In this document: one piece after another, positions 27,111-36,644 of the stretch
Layout of the letters: every line of letters starts with the position of its first letter
How positions within the stretch are numbered: the stretch's first letter is position 1
DNA from: Longimicrobiales bacterium
GTDB lineage: Bacteria > Gemmatimonadota > Gemmatimonadetes > Longimicrobiales > RSA9
Assembly: GCA_035764935.1 (NCBI GenBank)
Contig: DASTYK010000153.1
Location: 9,997-73,996 of the forward strand
DNA length: 64,000 nucleotides
Reading direction: 5' to 3'
Translations under genes and position numbers: made by a program
Notes under the pieces: generated by a model
Databases searched by the model: none
The model's input: only the letters and a program-made list of their open reading frames with translations
Told to the model about the DNA's origin: nothing

Positions 27111-27596
27111 ATGCCGAAGCGTCTCGTCCTGCTCCTCTCCCTCCTGTTCGGTACCGGCTGCTACAGCTACAGCGAGGCCGCCATCGAGGACGTTGCGCCC
27201 GGCACGCCCGTCCGACTCCGCGTCACGGGGGCAGAGGCCGACCGCCTCGCGGAGCTGCGCATGAGCGACGACCGCGAGGTGCCGGGCACGCTGCTACGCC
27301 GCGAGAACGGCGCAATCCTGCTGGACACGCCCATCGCTGCGGCGGATGCGACGTCGCGTGCCGGGCGACTCACGCAGCGCGTCGAGATCCCGGTCTCCCA
27401 GGTGCAGGACGTCGAGGTGCGGCGTCTCGACCGGCTGCGCACCGGTGCGCTGGTCGGCGCCGTCGCGGCCGCCGCGGTCTTCATCGTGATGGAAGGCTTC
27501 GGCTCCGGAAACGCAAACGACGACCGCCCGCCGATCGAGAATCCCGAGATGCGTCGAGGACCGGCCGTGCAGATCCGCGTGCCGATCGGCTTCTGA
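27111..27596 (+). CDS. Lipoprotein of unknown function with C-terminal hydrophobic helix
   Basis: GAGGTG RBS. Lipobox LLFGTGC. TM-like segment ALVGAVAAAAVFIVM near the C-terminus. Confidence 0.6.
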   Translation: MPKRLVLLLSLLFGTGCYSYSEAAIEDVAPGTPVRLRVTGAEADRLAELRMSDDREVPGTLLRRENGAILLDTPIAAADATSRAGRLTQRVEIPVSQVQDVEVRRLDRLRTGALVGAVAAAAVFIVMEGFGSGNANDDRPPIENPEMRRGPAVQIRVPIGF

Positions 27597-27616
27597 CCGC
27601 TCACTTCCGGAACTGC

Positions 27617-27824
27617 AATTTTACCGCAGAGAGCGCAGAGCACGCTGAGGAACGAAAGGAGTCGTGCGGCAGAGACGCGATGCAGCGCTTCCGCGACGCA
27701 GGTTCATTTCAAAACAAAACTAAAGGGTGACCGGCGTTTGCCGGCCACCCTCCGTTTTTCAGTTGATCAGGAATAACTCAATTCCGTTCTCTGCGACCTC
27801 AGCGCTCTCTGCGGTGAAAAAAGT
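27617..27824. repeat. Intergenic inverted-repeat element, copy C (CGC-N-GAG variant)
   Basis: Left arm 27621-27654 is TTACCGCAGAGAGCGCAGAGCACGCTGAGGAACG. Right arm 27785-27818 is CGTTCTCTGCGACCTCAGCGCTCTCTGCGGTGAA. The arms enclose the terminator at 27725. Confidence 0.75.
27725..27759. terminator. Rho-independent terminator, apparently bidirectional
   Basis: GGGTGACCGGC GTTT GCCGGCCACCC followed by TCCGTTTTT on the plus strand. The minus strand has TTTAGTTTTGTTTTG after the same stem. It sits between convergent genes 27111..27596 and susD. Confidence 0.8.
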
Positions 27825-27828
27825 GTAG

Positions 27829-29115
27829 TCACGGCTGGTCGGGCACGTTCGGATTGGACTGCCGCTCGTTCTGCGGGATGTCGTAGCAGAGTGAGCGCTC
27901 GGCGACCAGGTACGATGCCGGGTTGCCCGGCTCCTCGAGCGGGTGCAGATCGCCGGGCACATTGTCCTGCTCCCAGCGGCGCAGGTCGCCCATGCGACGT
28001 CCCTCGAGCCAGAGCTCGATGCCTCGCTCGCGCTTGTAGTGCGTCCACGCCTCGTCGAGCGAAGCTGCGGTGAAGGCGGGCACGCCGAGCGCGGTGCGCC
28101 GCGCGTTCAATGCGTCCATCGCGACCTGCCACGCGCCGTTGCGCAGCTGGTTCTCGATCTCCAGCAGTCGCATCTCGCGGCCGGACGACAGGTTGATGTC
28201 GTCGTCCTCATCGTCGTACTTCAGCTGCTGATAGAAGGGCACGCGCTGGTTGTCCAGGAATGCGAGTGCAGCGTCCCCCTGCGGGAATCCTTCCATCAGC
28301 CCCCACGGCGTGCGCGGGTCACCGGTCTGCTCGTAATAGTCTTCGTACACGGTGTTCCATACGGTGACCGCACGGTATGGCTGGTTCGCGCCCGCGAAGT
28401 AGATGCGGTTGTAGTGCGACTGCTGTGTGTTGTGGTAGCCGAGCTGGAAGACGAACTCGTCGGGTACCACCGCGGCGTCCTGCATCGCACCGGTCCAGTC
28501 GCCGAGGAACGCCCGGACGGATGCGCGCCCCGCGTGCGCCGCGGTCACCACGTTCGCGAGATCGGGGCTTCCGCCTGCCACCTCGATGGCCGTCGTGAAC
28601 CAGTCCTCGGCGCGCTGGAGCCAGACGGAGCCATCCTCCACGCTGCCGCCGTCGATCACGGCCTCGCACCAGTTCTCGCCGAGCAGGCGGTTGGCGTAGC
28701 CTGCCCACAGTGCGGCCTCCGCCGAGGGGCGGTAGCCGTTGACGTTGCCCTCGCGCTGGGCGGAGAACCGTTCGAAGCCGCTTTCCGCGATGTAGCGCGA
28801 GCGCTGGTGCGGCGTCCAGGAATCGGCGTGCTCATCGTCGAACAGCAGCCGCCCGACCTGCTGGTTGGCGGAGATGCCGAAGGAGGACGTCGAGCCGGCG
28901 GGGAACAGCTCGCGGGTCACCGCCGACGTCGTGTACGCGACCTGGTTCAGCGCGTCCATCAGCTCGAGTGCCGCACCGTTTGCGTACGCCTGGTGTGCCT
29001 CCGGGCTGTCCAGGAAGTCATCCGGCGTGGGCCCGGGGTTCTGCACGTCGAAGTCACAGCCACCAGCGATCACCGCGACAGCCAGGATCGCGAGCGCGTT
29101 GCGCATGCTCAGCAT
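27829..29115 (-). CDS. RagB/SusD-family outer-membrane lipoprotein
   Basis: ATG 29115 lies 5 nt after GGGAGAGA and 36 nt downstream of the susC-like stop. Lipobox LAVAVIAGGCDF. The helical TPR-like body and its position immediately after SusC fit SusD. Confidence 0.85.
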   Translation of the reverse strand: MLSMRNALAILAVAVIAGGCDFDVQNPGPTPDDFLDSPEAHQAYANGAALELMDALNQVAYTTSAVTRELFPAGSTSSFGISANQQVGRLLFDDEHADSWTPHQRSRYIAESGFERFSAQREGNVNGYRPSAEAALWAGYANRLLGENWCEAVIDGGSVEDGSVWLQRAEDWFTTAIEVAGGSPDLANVVTAAHAGRASVRAFLGDWTGAMQDAAVVPDEFVFQLGYHNTQQSHYNRIYFAGANQPYRAVTVWNTVYEDYYEQTGDPRTPWGLMEGFPQGDAALAFLDNQRVPFYQQLKYDDEDDDINLSSGREMRLLEIENQLRNGAWQVAMDALNARRTALGVPAFTAASLDEAWTHYKRERGIELWLEGRRMGDLRRWEQDNVPGDLHPLEEPGNPASYLVAERSLCYDIPQNERQSNPNVPDQP

Positions 29116-29150
29116 GATCGTCTCTCCCGGTTCGTAATTCGCGGTGCGCA

Positions 29151-32102
29151 TCAGAAGTTCACCCGGATCGATGCGACGAAGCTCGCCGCAGGTGGGATGT
29201 GCTCCGTGATGGACGGGTTCTGTTCACCGAAGCCCGCATTGGACACCATCTCGGGATCGAAGATCGGGAAGTCGTCGTTGCGCCAGCGGTAGAAGTTCTG
29301 CGCCGACAGCGTGAGCATGGAGCTGCTCGTGCGCGGGATCAGCGTCCCGAGCGGCACCTGCAGCGTCACGTCGCGGATCTTGGCGAAATCCGCCTTCCAC
29401 GCCATCGTGCCGCGCACGTAGAAGCGGCCGTCGCAGAAGTAGCGCCGCTCGGCCGTCGCCTGGTCGCCGTTGCCGGCATCGGTGAGCTGGTAGTAGTCCA
29501 GGCATGTCGGCCACCGGATGCCGCGGTTGACCGCCTCGTTGGTCGGGCCGTCATAGATCCAGTGACCGCCCATGTACTCGGCGCGGGCCGACAACGTGAT
29601 GCCGCGTGGCATGCGCAGTGTGGGCGCGATGCCGAACGTCAGAGTCGGCTGCTGGGGTCCGAGCGGTACGTCCAGCTCGTAGCATGCGCTGCCGGCGTCG
29701 AGTATCGCCTGCGTGCAGCGGACCGGGTCCTCGAGGCGATCGCCGTTGTGGATCTTCACGCCGCGCAGCACCATGACCGGCAGCCCCTCCTCGACCCATC
29801 CGCCGCCTGCTGCGAACGGAACGGCAGCGCCCAGGTCGATGACTTCCGACTTGTTGGTGTAGAGGTTCGCGCCGATGTCGAAGCCCCAGTTCTGACGGTC
29901 CAGCAGGGCAGCATTGACGTTCAGCTCCCAGCCCTGGTTCTGGATCGTGCCGACGTTCTCGAGCTGCGTCAGCGCGAACCCTTCCGACGGCGGCTTGCGG
30001 ACATTGAAGAGTGCATCCGTCGTGCGCTGGCGGTACCAGGTCACTTCCGTGCTGACCCGGTTGTCGAGCACGGCCCAGTCGAAGCCGACCTCGGTCTCCG
30101 AGGTGCGTTCCGGGCCGAGGTCTGCGTTGCCGAGGTTCGCCGGCGTGTACGCCGGGTCGCCGCCGTACCCGACCGCGTCCCATGTGCGCACGGCGTCGAA
30201 CGTTCCCGGCGCGCGCCCCGACTGGCCCCACGCGGCGCGCAGCTTCAGCACGCCCAGCGACGGGCTCCAGAACGACTCGTCCGAGATGATGTAGGAGCCC
30301 GAGATCTTCGGGTACGTCTGCAGGCCGAGATCCTCGCCGAACGCCGAGTTGCCGTCCACGCGGACACCGACGGTGAGGAAGTAGCGGTCGAGCAGATTGA
30401 AGAGCGCCTGGCCGAAGAACCCGGCGTTGACGACCCGCTCGCGTGTTTCCCAGCTCAGGCGGTTGGCGCCCGCGTCGATGTCAGGGTCGCCCGGTCCCGC
30501 GAAGTTGGTTGCTTCCGCCTGCACGCGCCGGTCCTCGGTCGTAACACTCTGCCCGCCGACCGACAGCGTTGTGCTCAACCCCTCCCGGATGCCGAGCTGG
30601 TAGTTCGACGCGAAGTCAGCCGTCAGCGCCGTGTACGTGTTGTGCGATGTGTAGAGCTTGCCCGTCGGAAGCTGGCGGTAGCCGTACGGCCGCAGGCTCC
30701 GGTTGTCCTGCACCGCCTCGTCGTAGCCGATCGTGAAGCGGTTCGTCCACTGATCCATCGGGTGGAAGTTCAGTGTGCCGCCCAGGATGAAGCGGTCGAC
30801 ACGTGTGGTCGTCTCCTGGTTCAGTACCAGTCGCACCGTGTCCGGGTCGCCGTTGGAGAAGTAGTTCCGCTCGCGACGATACGCATTCAGGATGAGCCCC
30901 TGTGCGTTGTTGCCCGCCGGTGTGTTCGAGATGTCCGTGCGCGTGTAGCCGGAGTTCACCTGCACGGTCAGCATGGAGAGCGGCGAGAAGGTGAAGTTGC
31001 CGCGGATCGCTGACTTCTTCTCCTCGTCGAGCGGCAGCACGCCCTCGTTCTGGTCGTACTGGCCCGACATGTAGTACTGCAGCGCCTGACCGCCACCGGA
31101 CACGCTGAGCGCGTACTTCTGCCGGTGCCCGTCGCGCAGGTAGGGCTCCATGTTCAGCCGCTCGTACGAGTACTGCCCCTGCGGTATGTCTGCGAACGTC
31201 GGATCACCGGGAGGCCGTACGTCCACGTCCGGCGCGAACGGCATCAGGCGGTTGAAGCCCTGGTCGACCTGCATCGACCACTGCGCTGCACCGGCACGGC
31301 CGCGCTTGGTGAAGATCTGGATCACGCCAGCCGCGGCTTCGGTGCCGTACAGCGTCGACGCGGCCGAGCCCTTGAGTACCTCGATCCGCTCGATGTCGGC
31401 AGGGTTGATGTCGTTCAGCGGAGAGGCCGTGACGTTGCCGCCGCGGCCCGCGCCCTCCGTGGGCGAGATGTTGCGGGAGTACGCGTCGCTGCGGATGCGC
31501 ACACCGTCCACGTAGATGATCGGCTGGTTCGACTGCGACACCGAGACTGCGCCGCGCAAGCGGATCTGCGCGCCCGAGCCCACGGCGCCGTTGCCCTGGC
31601 CAACCAGGATGCCGGCCGCCTGCGACTGCAGCAGTGCATCGACGTTCGCCGGCGGTGCAGGCAGTTCCGTCACGTTGATCTGTGCCACCGTGTTGCCGAC
31701 CTCGCGCCGGCGCGCCGCGCCCGCTGTGCCGGTCACGACGATCTCGTCGAGGCCGAGGGCCTGCTCCATCAGCGTGAAACTGACCACCACGCTTGCGCCC
31801 GCCTCCACCGTGACCTGCTGGTCGACGCCCTGGAAGCCGATCCGCTCCGCGCGCACGGTGTGGGTGCCCGCGGCCACGTTGGTGATCAGGAAGCGGCCGC
31901 TCTCGTTGGTGAGCGTGCCCTGGTTCGTCGCGGAGATGTAGACCTGCACGCCCGGGATCGGTGCGCCCGACCGGCCCGTGACCTGGCCGGTGACCCGCCC
32001 GTTGTCCTGTGCTGCCACGGGTCCCGCGGCGAGGAGTGCAACGAGCAACGACAGTGCTGCCCCCCGGAGACGGCGTGTCTCCGGCCGAGATGTGATTCTC
32101 AT
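29151..32102 (-). CDS. SusC/RagA-family TonB-linked outer-membrane transporter
   Basis: ATG 32102 follows AGGAG. Signal peptide ...LLVALLAAGPVAAQ. Carboxypeptidase-regulatory-like domain (GRVTGQVTGRSGAPIPGVQVYISATN..ESGRFLITNVAAGTHTVRAERIGF), plug (DEIVVTG ... IERIEVLKGSAASTLYG), 22-strand-size barrel, terminal Phe. The track start 32360 adds 86 unlikely residues. Confidence 0.9.
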   Translation of the reverse strand: MRITSRPETRRLRGAALSLLVALLAAGPVAAQDNGRVTGQVTGRSGAPIPGVQVYISATNQGTLTNESGRFLITNVAAGTHTVRAERIGFQGVDQQVTVEAGASVVVSFTLMEQALGLDEIVVTGTAGAARRREVGNTVAQINVTELPAPPANVDALLQSQAAGILVGQGNGAVGSGAQIRLRGAVSVSQSNQPIIYVDGVRIRSDAYSRNISPTEGAGRGGNVTASPLNDINPADIERIEVLKGSAASTLYGTEAAAGVIQIFTKRGRAGAAQWSMQVDQGFNRLMPFAPDVDVRPPGDPTFADIPQGQYSYERLNMEPYLRDGHRQKYALSVSGGGQALQYYMSGQYDQNEGVLPLDEEKKSAIRGNFTFSPLSMLTVQVNSGYTRTDISNTPAGNNAQGLILNAYRRERNYFSNGDPDTVRLVLNQETTTRVDRFILGGTLNFHPMDQWTNRFTIGYDEAVQDNRSLRPYGYRQLPTGKLYTSHNTYTALTADFASNYQLGIREGLSTTLSVGGQSVTTEDRRVQAEATNFAGPGDPDIDAGANRLSWETRERVVNAGFFGQALFNLLDRYFLTVGVRVDGNSAFGEDLGLQTYPKISGSYIISDESFWSPSLGVLKLRAAWGQSGRAPGTFDAVRTWDAVGYGGDPAYTPANLGNADLGPERTSETEVGFDWAVLDNRVSTEVTWYRQRTTDALFNVRKPPSEGFALTQLENVGTIQNQGWELNVNAALLDRQNWGFDIGANLYTNKSEVIDLGAAVPFAAGGGWVEEGLPVMVLRGVKIHNGDRLEDPVRCTQAILDAGSACYELDVPLGPQQPTLTFGIAPTLRMPRGITLSARAEYMGGHWIYDGPTNEAVNRGIRWPTCLDYYQLTDAGNGDQATAERRYFCDGRFYVRGTMAWKADFAKIRDVTLQVPLGTLIPRTSSSMLTLSAQNFYRWRNDDFPIFDPEMVSNAGFGEQNPSITEHIPPAASFVASIRVNF

Positions 32103-32434
32103 TCCGGCGCTCCTGCTGGAGGGGAACGGTACGACGGACCCGGCGCTGCCGGGTCGTGGACACAGCTCTGCGAACTGCGTATCCAGCACGCCCGCGTTGA
32201 CGGGCATCTGTGCTCGTATGCGATCTGCAGTGTTGCGCGCACCGCAGATCTGCCGGAAATGAAACGCTGGCAGGTTGATTCGGCTTCCAGTGTGATCCCG
32301 GCAACGGGTGGAAGTCAAGCACCGTGAGGGCGGTGCAGGGCGCCGCCGTTGCGTCGCCACCCGCGCGCGTGAGCCCTAGTCCCTCGGGGTGGTTCGTGCC
32401 ATACTACCGGAAAGGTCCCCGAACCGTGACGAAT

Positions 32435-35188
32435 ATGCCGAATACCAAGCCATTCAATGCCCGCGCGACGCTGGACGTCGGGGGCAACCGCTATGACATC
32501 TTCCGCCTGGATGCCGTCGAGCGTGCCGGCTACACCATCAGCCGGCTGCCCTACTCGCTCCGCATCCTGCTGGAAAACCTGCTGCGTTACGAAGACCGGC
32601 TCGCGGGGGCCAGCGAAAGCGTCGAAGCGCTCGCGACGTGGGACCCGAAGGCGCAGCCCGACCGGGAGATCAGCTTTACCCCCGCCCGCGTGCTCCTCCA
32701 GGACTTCACCGGCGTGCCCGCGGTCGTGGACTTCGCCGCGATGCGCGACGCGATGGAACGCATGGGCGGCGATCCGAAGAAGATCAACCCCTTGCAGCCG
32801 GCCGAGCTGGTGATCGACCACTCGGTGCAGGTGGACGAGTTCGGCACGCGCATGGCGTTCCGCTACAACGTGGACATGGAGTACCGCCGCAACGGCGAGC
32901 GGTATGCGTTCCTGCGCTGGGGACAGAAGGCCTTCGAGAATTTCCGTGTCGTACCGCCGGGCACCGGGATCGTGCACCAGGTCAACCTGGAGTACCTGGC
33001 CCGCGTGGTGTTCCAGCTGGAGGCGCAGAACGGCGCCGCGCCGCAGCTCTACCCGGACACTCTGGTCGGCACTGACTCGCACACCACGATGGTGAACGGA
33101 CTCGGCGTGCTCGGCTGGGGCGTGGGCGGCATCGAGGCGGAGGCCGCGATGCTCGGCCAGCCGGTCGCGATGCTGATCCCGCAGGTGGTCGGTTTCCGCA
33201 TGACGGGCGAGCTGCCGGAGGGGGCAACCGCGACCGATCTCGTGCTCACGGTCACCGAGATGCTCCGCAGGAAGGGCGTAGTCGGCAAGTTCGTCGAGTT
33301 CTACGGCCCCGGCCTTGCCAACCTGCGCCTTGCCGACCGCGCGACGATCGGCAACATGGCACCCGAGTACGGTGCGACGTGCGGCATCTTCCCGGTCGAC
33401 GCCATGACGCTCGATTACCTGCGCTTCACCGGTCGTTCCGAGGAGCATGTGCAGCTCGTCGAACGCTACATGAAGGAGCAGGGACTCTTCCGCACCGAGG
33501 ACACGCCGGACGCCGAGTACAGCGACACGCTGGAGCTGGACCTTGCGACGGTCGAGCCGAGCGTCGCCGGCCCGCGCCGGCCGCAGGACCGGCTGCAGCT
33601 TTCCGAGGTGAAGCCTGCCTTCCTGCAGTACCTGGACACCCTGGTCGGCAATGGTGGCGAGACCACGGCCGGTGCAGCTGGCGGCGCCACGGCGGTCGCG
33701 CCGGCGCATGCGCATCGCGGCGTGGACGTCGTGCTGAACGACGAGACGGTCCGGCTCGAGGATGGCGCGGTCGTGATCGCCGCGATCACGAGCTGCACCA
33801 ACACGTCGAACCCGTCCGTCATGCTGGGCGCCGGACTCCTCGCGAAGAATGCCGTGGCGCGCGGACTGCGCAGCAAGCCGTGGGTCAAGACGTCGCTGGC
33901 CCCCGGATCCAAGGTTGTCACCGACTACCTCGCCGACGCGGACCTGACGCAGTACCTCGAGCAGCTCGGCTTCGACCTGGTCGGCTACGGCTGCACGACG
34001 TGCATCGGCAACAGCGGCCCGCTGCCCGGCCAGATCTCGCAGGCGATCGCCGACGGCGACCTCGTCACGGTGTCCGTGCTGTCGGGCAACCGCAACTTCG
34101 AAGGGCGCATCAACCCCGACGTCCGCGGCAACTACCTCGCCTCACCGCCGCTCGTCGTCGCGTATGCGCTGGCCGGCCGCATCGACATCGACTGGTACAA
34201 CGAGCCCATCGGCGAGGACCGCGAGGGGCGATCGGTGTTCCTGAAGGACATCTGGCCGACGACGGCGGACATCGAAGCTGCTGTCAAGGGATCGGTCAAG
34301 CCCGAGATGTTCACGCGCCAGTACGCGACGGTCTTCGAGGGCGACGACCGCTGGCGTGCATTGCCGGCGCCGGAAAGCGACCTCTTCGAGTGGGACGACG
34401 CCTCCACCTACATCAAGCACCCGCCGTACTTCGTCGACATGCCGCGTGATCCTGCGGCGGTCCAGGACATCAGCGGCGCACGCGTGCTCGCACTGCTCGG
34501 CGACAGCATCACGACCGATCACATCTCGCCGGCCGGCTCGATCAAGGCCGACAGCCCGGCGGGCAGGTACCTGCGCGAGCACGGCATCGAGCCGAAGGAC
34601 TTCAACTCGTACGGTTCGCGCCGGGGCAACCACGAGGTCATGGTGCGCGGGACGTTCGCGAACATCCGGCTGCGCAACCAGCTCAACCCGGAGATCGAGG
34701 GCGGCTGGACGACGCACCTGCCGACCGGCGAAAAGATGCCGATCTTCGACGCGTCGATGCGCTACCAGCAGGAGGGCACGCCGCTCGTGGTGGTCGCGGG
34801 CAAGGAGTACGGCTCCGGCTCCTCGCGCGACTGGGCGGCCAAGGGCCCGCTGCTGCTCGGCATCCGTGCGGTCATCGTCGAGAGCTACGAGCGCATCCAC
34901 CGCTCGAACCTGCTCGGCATGGGCATCCTGCCGCTGCAGTTCCAGCCCGGTCAGACGTACACGCAGCTGGGCATCACGGGCCGGGAAGTATTCGACATCC
35001 ATGGCCTGGACGCCGCGCTCAGCCGTCCGGAAGGCCCGGGCACCGTGCAGGTCATTGCCCGCAACCCGGATGGCGGTGCGGACATCCGCTTCGATGCCGT
35101 GGTGCGCATCGACACGCCGCAGGAGATCGCGTACTACCGCCATGGCGGCATCCTGCAGTACGTGCTGAGGCAACTGCTCAGGGCGTGA
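32435..35188 (+). CDS. acnA: Aconitate hydratase A
   Basis: 917 aa. [19 protein letters not shown] and [11 protein letters not shown] provide the Fe-S ligands. [19 protein letters not shown] is also present. Unambiguous family features. Confidence 0.97.
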   Translation: MPNTKPFNARATLDVGGNRYDIFRLDAVERAGYTISRLPYSLRILLENLLRYEDRLAGASESVEALATWDPKAQPDREISFTPARVLLQDFTGVPAVVDFAAMRDAMERMGGDPKKINPLQPAELVIDHSVQVDEFGTRMAFRYNVDMEYRRNGERYAFLRWGQKAFENFRVVPPGTGIVHQVNLEYLARVVFQLEAQNGAAPQLYPDTLVGTDSHTTMVNGLGVLGWGVGGIEAEAAMLGQPVAMLIPQVVGFRMTGELPEGATATDLVLTVTEMLRRKGVVGKFVEFYGPGLANLRLADRATIGNMAPEYGATCGIFPVDAMTLDYLRFTGRSEEHVQLVERYMKEQGLFRTEDTPDAEYSDTLELDLATVEPSVAGPRRPQDRLQLSEVKPAFLQYLDTLVGNGGETTAGAAGGATAVAPAHAHRGVDVVLNDETVRLEDGAVVIAAITSCTNTSNPSVMLGAGLLAKNAVARGLRSKPWVKTSLAPGSKVVTDYLADADLTQYLEQLGFDLVGYGCTTCIGNSGPLPGQISQAIADGDLVTVSVLSGNRNFEGRINPDVRGNYLASPPLVVAYALAGRIDIDWYNEPIGEDREGRSVFLKDIWPTTADIEAAVKGSVKPEMFTRQYATVFEGDDRWRALPAPESDLFEWDDASTYIKHPPYFVDMPRDPAAVQDISGARVLALLGDSITTDHISPAGSIKADSPAGRYLREHGIEPKDFNSYGSRRGNHEVMVRGTFANIRLRNQLNPEIEGGWTTHLPTGEKMPIFDASMRYQQEGTPLVVVAGKEYGSGSSRDWAAKGPLLLGIRAVIVESYERIHRSNLLGMGILPLQFQPGQTYTQLGITGREVFDIHGLDAALSRPEGPGTVQVIARNPDGGADIRFDAVVRIDTPQEIAYYRHGGILQYVLRQLLRA

Positions 35189-35212
35189 TTCCTGTGTTCC
35201 TGCTCGAGTGAA

Positions 35213-35254
35213 TCGAGCCCGTCAGGTCTGTTGGCCTGACGGGCTCGAATCTTT
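35213..35254 (+). terminator. Rho-independent terminator after acnA
   Basis: 14-bp perfect stem TCGAGCCCGTCAGG / CCTGACGGGCTCGA with an 8-nt loop, followed by ATCTTT. Confidence 0.7.
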
Positions 35255-35276
35255 GCGGTGCCGAGTGAACGGATTC

Positions 35277-35368
35277 TTATTACCGCGAGAGCGCAGAGGA
35301 CGCGGAGAACTACGCTGAGTCCCTCAGCGCAGTCTCAGCGATACCTCCGCGCCCTCAGCGGTAATAAC
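35277..35368. repeat. Intergenic inverted-repeat element, copy D1 (compact hairpin form)
   Basis: TTATTACCGCGAGAGCGCAGAGGACGCGGAGAAC (35277-35310) pairs with CTCAGCGATACCTCCGCGCCCTCAGCGGTAATAA (35334-35367). The centre GCTGAG TCC CTCAGC is itself palindromic. Confidence 0.7.
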
Positions 35369-35390
35369 AGGGCACCGATGCCAACGAAAA

Positions 35391-35420
35391 CTCTGTGTTG
35401 CTCCGTGTTCTCCGTGGTAG
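35391..35420. repeat. Solo right-arm of the repeat family (copy D2)
   Basis: CTCTGTGTTGCTCCGTGTTCTCCGTGGTAG followed by AAAAAAA. It abuts the stop codon (35428-30) of the minus-strand gene. No partner left arm is nearby. Confidence 0.6.
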
Positions 35421-35427
35421 AAAAAAA

Positions 35428-36531
35428 CTAAGTCCAGCCACGCGCGACGACGGGCCAGCAGCGCTCGATCGATTCACCGCGGACGCCGTACACGCGGGGA
35501 TGCAGGTTCACCGACACGCACACGTGATTCGGCACGATCCGGACCCTGTCGCCTACCTGCGGCCGCCAGTCCGTGCCGGACAGATCGAGGATGCCGTGCT
35601 CTTCCGACAGGCCGCTCACCACGACGTCGGGGCGGTCGAGCAGGGCGCCGAAGCCGCGTGCGTCGGGGCCGCGCAGCTCCTCGCGGGACAGCGCCTTGGA
35701 GCCGGCGTCGACGACAGCCTGGTTGGGCACCGCGGTGCTGACTACGGTCGCGACGACGGTGTAAGCGCAGTCTTTCCACTCGCACGCGCCGATCGCTTCC
35801 GTGGTGCGGTCGTTGTAGACGTAGGTGCCCGGACGGATCTCGTTGACGCCGTGCATGCGATGCGACGCAAACGCGGCGGGGGTGGAGCCGGCGCTGACGA
35901 TTTCGGGCTCGAGGCCGTGTTCGCGCAGCGCCTCCAGGTGCTTCTGCAGGTCCTCGCTGACCCGGTCGATGGCGGTGGCCTGCTCGCTCACGTGCTGCCG
36001 GATGTGTCCGGGATAGAACATGATGCCGCGCCACTCGACGCCCGGGCGACGCGCCGCCTCGGCTGCGAGCTGTGCCAGGCGCCGCGGGTCGGGCTCGCCG
36101 ACGCGGTGCATGCCGAGGTCCGCCTCGATCAGCACGCCGAACGTGCGGCCCGCACGGGCGGCCGCCCCGGAAAGGGCGTCGAGTGCGGCGGTCGAATCGA
36201 GCGCGACGGTCACGCGGACGTCGTCAGGAAGTGCGAGCAGGCGCTCGAGCTTGGGTGCGCCGACGGGCGGGTGTGCGATCAGCAGGTCACGCGTGGCCTC
36301 GGTCATGACGTGCGCCTCGCGCAGGGTCGCGACCGTCAGGCCCGCGGCGCCGCGGCGCATCTGTTCGGCGCCGATCTCGGGTGACTTGTGCGTCTTGGTG
36401 TGTGGCCGCAGCGCGAGCCCGTGCGATGCGGTGTAGTCCGCCATCCTCGCGAGGTTGGCGTCCATGATGTCCAGGTCAACGGCTGCGGCAGGCGTCATCA
36501 CACCTGCCAGCGTATCCGGGATCCGCTCCAC
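35428..36531 (-). CDS. PLP-dependent D-threonine aldolase / D-serine dehydratase-like enzyme (alanine racemase N-terminal fold)
   Basis: GTG 36531 follows GGAAGGAG. Lysine motif LRPHTKTHKSPEI. C-terminal D-serine-dehydratase-like region (GLSEEHGILD ... GDRVRIVPNHVC). Confidence 0.8.
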   Translation of the reverse strand: MERIPDTLAGVMTPAAAVDLDIMDANLARMADYTASHGLALRPHTKTHKSPEIGAEQMRRGAAGLTVATLREAHVMTEATRDLLIAHPPVGAPKLERLLALPDDVRVTVALDSTAALDALSGAAARAGRTFGVLIEADLGMHRVGEPDPRRLAQLAAEAARRPGVEWRGIMFYPGHIRQHVSEQATAIDRVSEDLQKHLEALREHGLEPEIVSAGSTPAAFASHRMHGVNEIRPGTYVYNDRTTEAIGACEWKDCAYTVVATVVSTAVPNQAVVDAGSKALSREELRGPDARGFGALLDRPDVVVSGLSEEHGILDLSGTDWRPQVGDRVRIVPNHVCVSVNLHPRVYGVRGESIERCWPVVARGWT

Positions 36532-36644
36532 GCTTCACTCCTTCCGGGGGAATCGCACAACGCCTCGGGCGGGAGAACCTAGGCGGCACCCGCACGGCGA
36601 GCCAGCGGCTTGACCCTGCGCCGCGAGGCGGGGTAGCGTTCCGT

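Noticed and set aside
27596-27962. Small ORFs translating the repeat arms (e.g. ..FTAESAEHAEERKES.. in 26852..27730 and ..FFTAESAEVAENG.. in 27759..27962)
   Set aside because: The peptide similarity comes from the nucleotide repeat read in frame. The ORFs overlap a terminator and real genes and have no start or RBS context.
29199-31013. 604-aa plus-strand ORF
   Set aside because: It is antisense to the SusC-like gene. No motif. High-GC artefact. The same reasoning applies to 27943..29292 opposite susD, 38823..40130 opposite mlaF/mlaD, 42892..44508 opposite the SNF transporter, 32315..33715 and 34142..35173 opposite acnA, and 1014..2150 opposite asmA.
32103-32360. N-terminal 86-aa extension of the SusC-like ORF; similar extensions at 60896..61276, 9123..9476, 17300..17419 and 44957..45136
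   Set aside because: The extensions lack signal peptides or family similarity. An internal ATG preceded by an RBS yields a proper signal peptide or TM start in each case.
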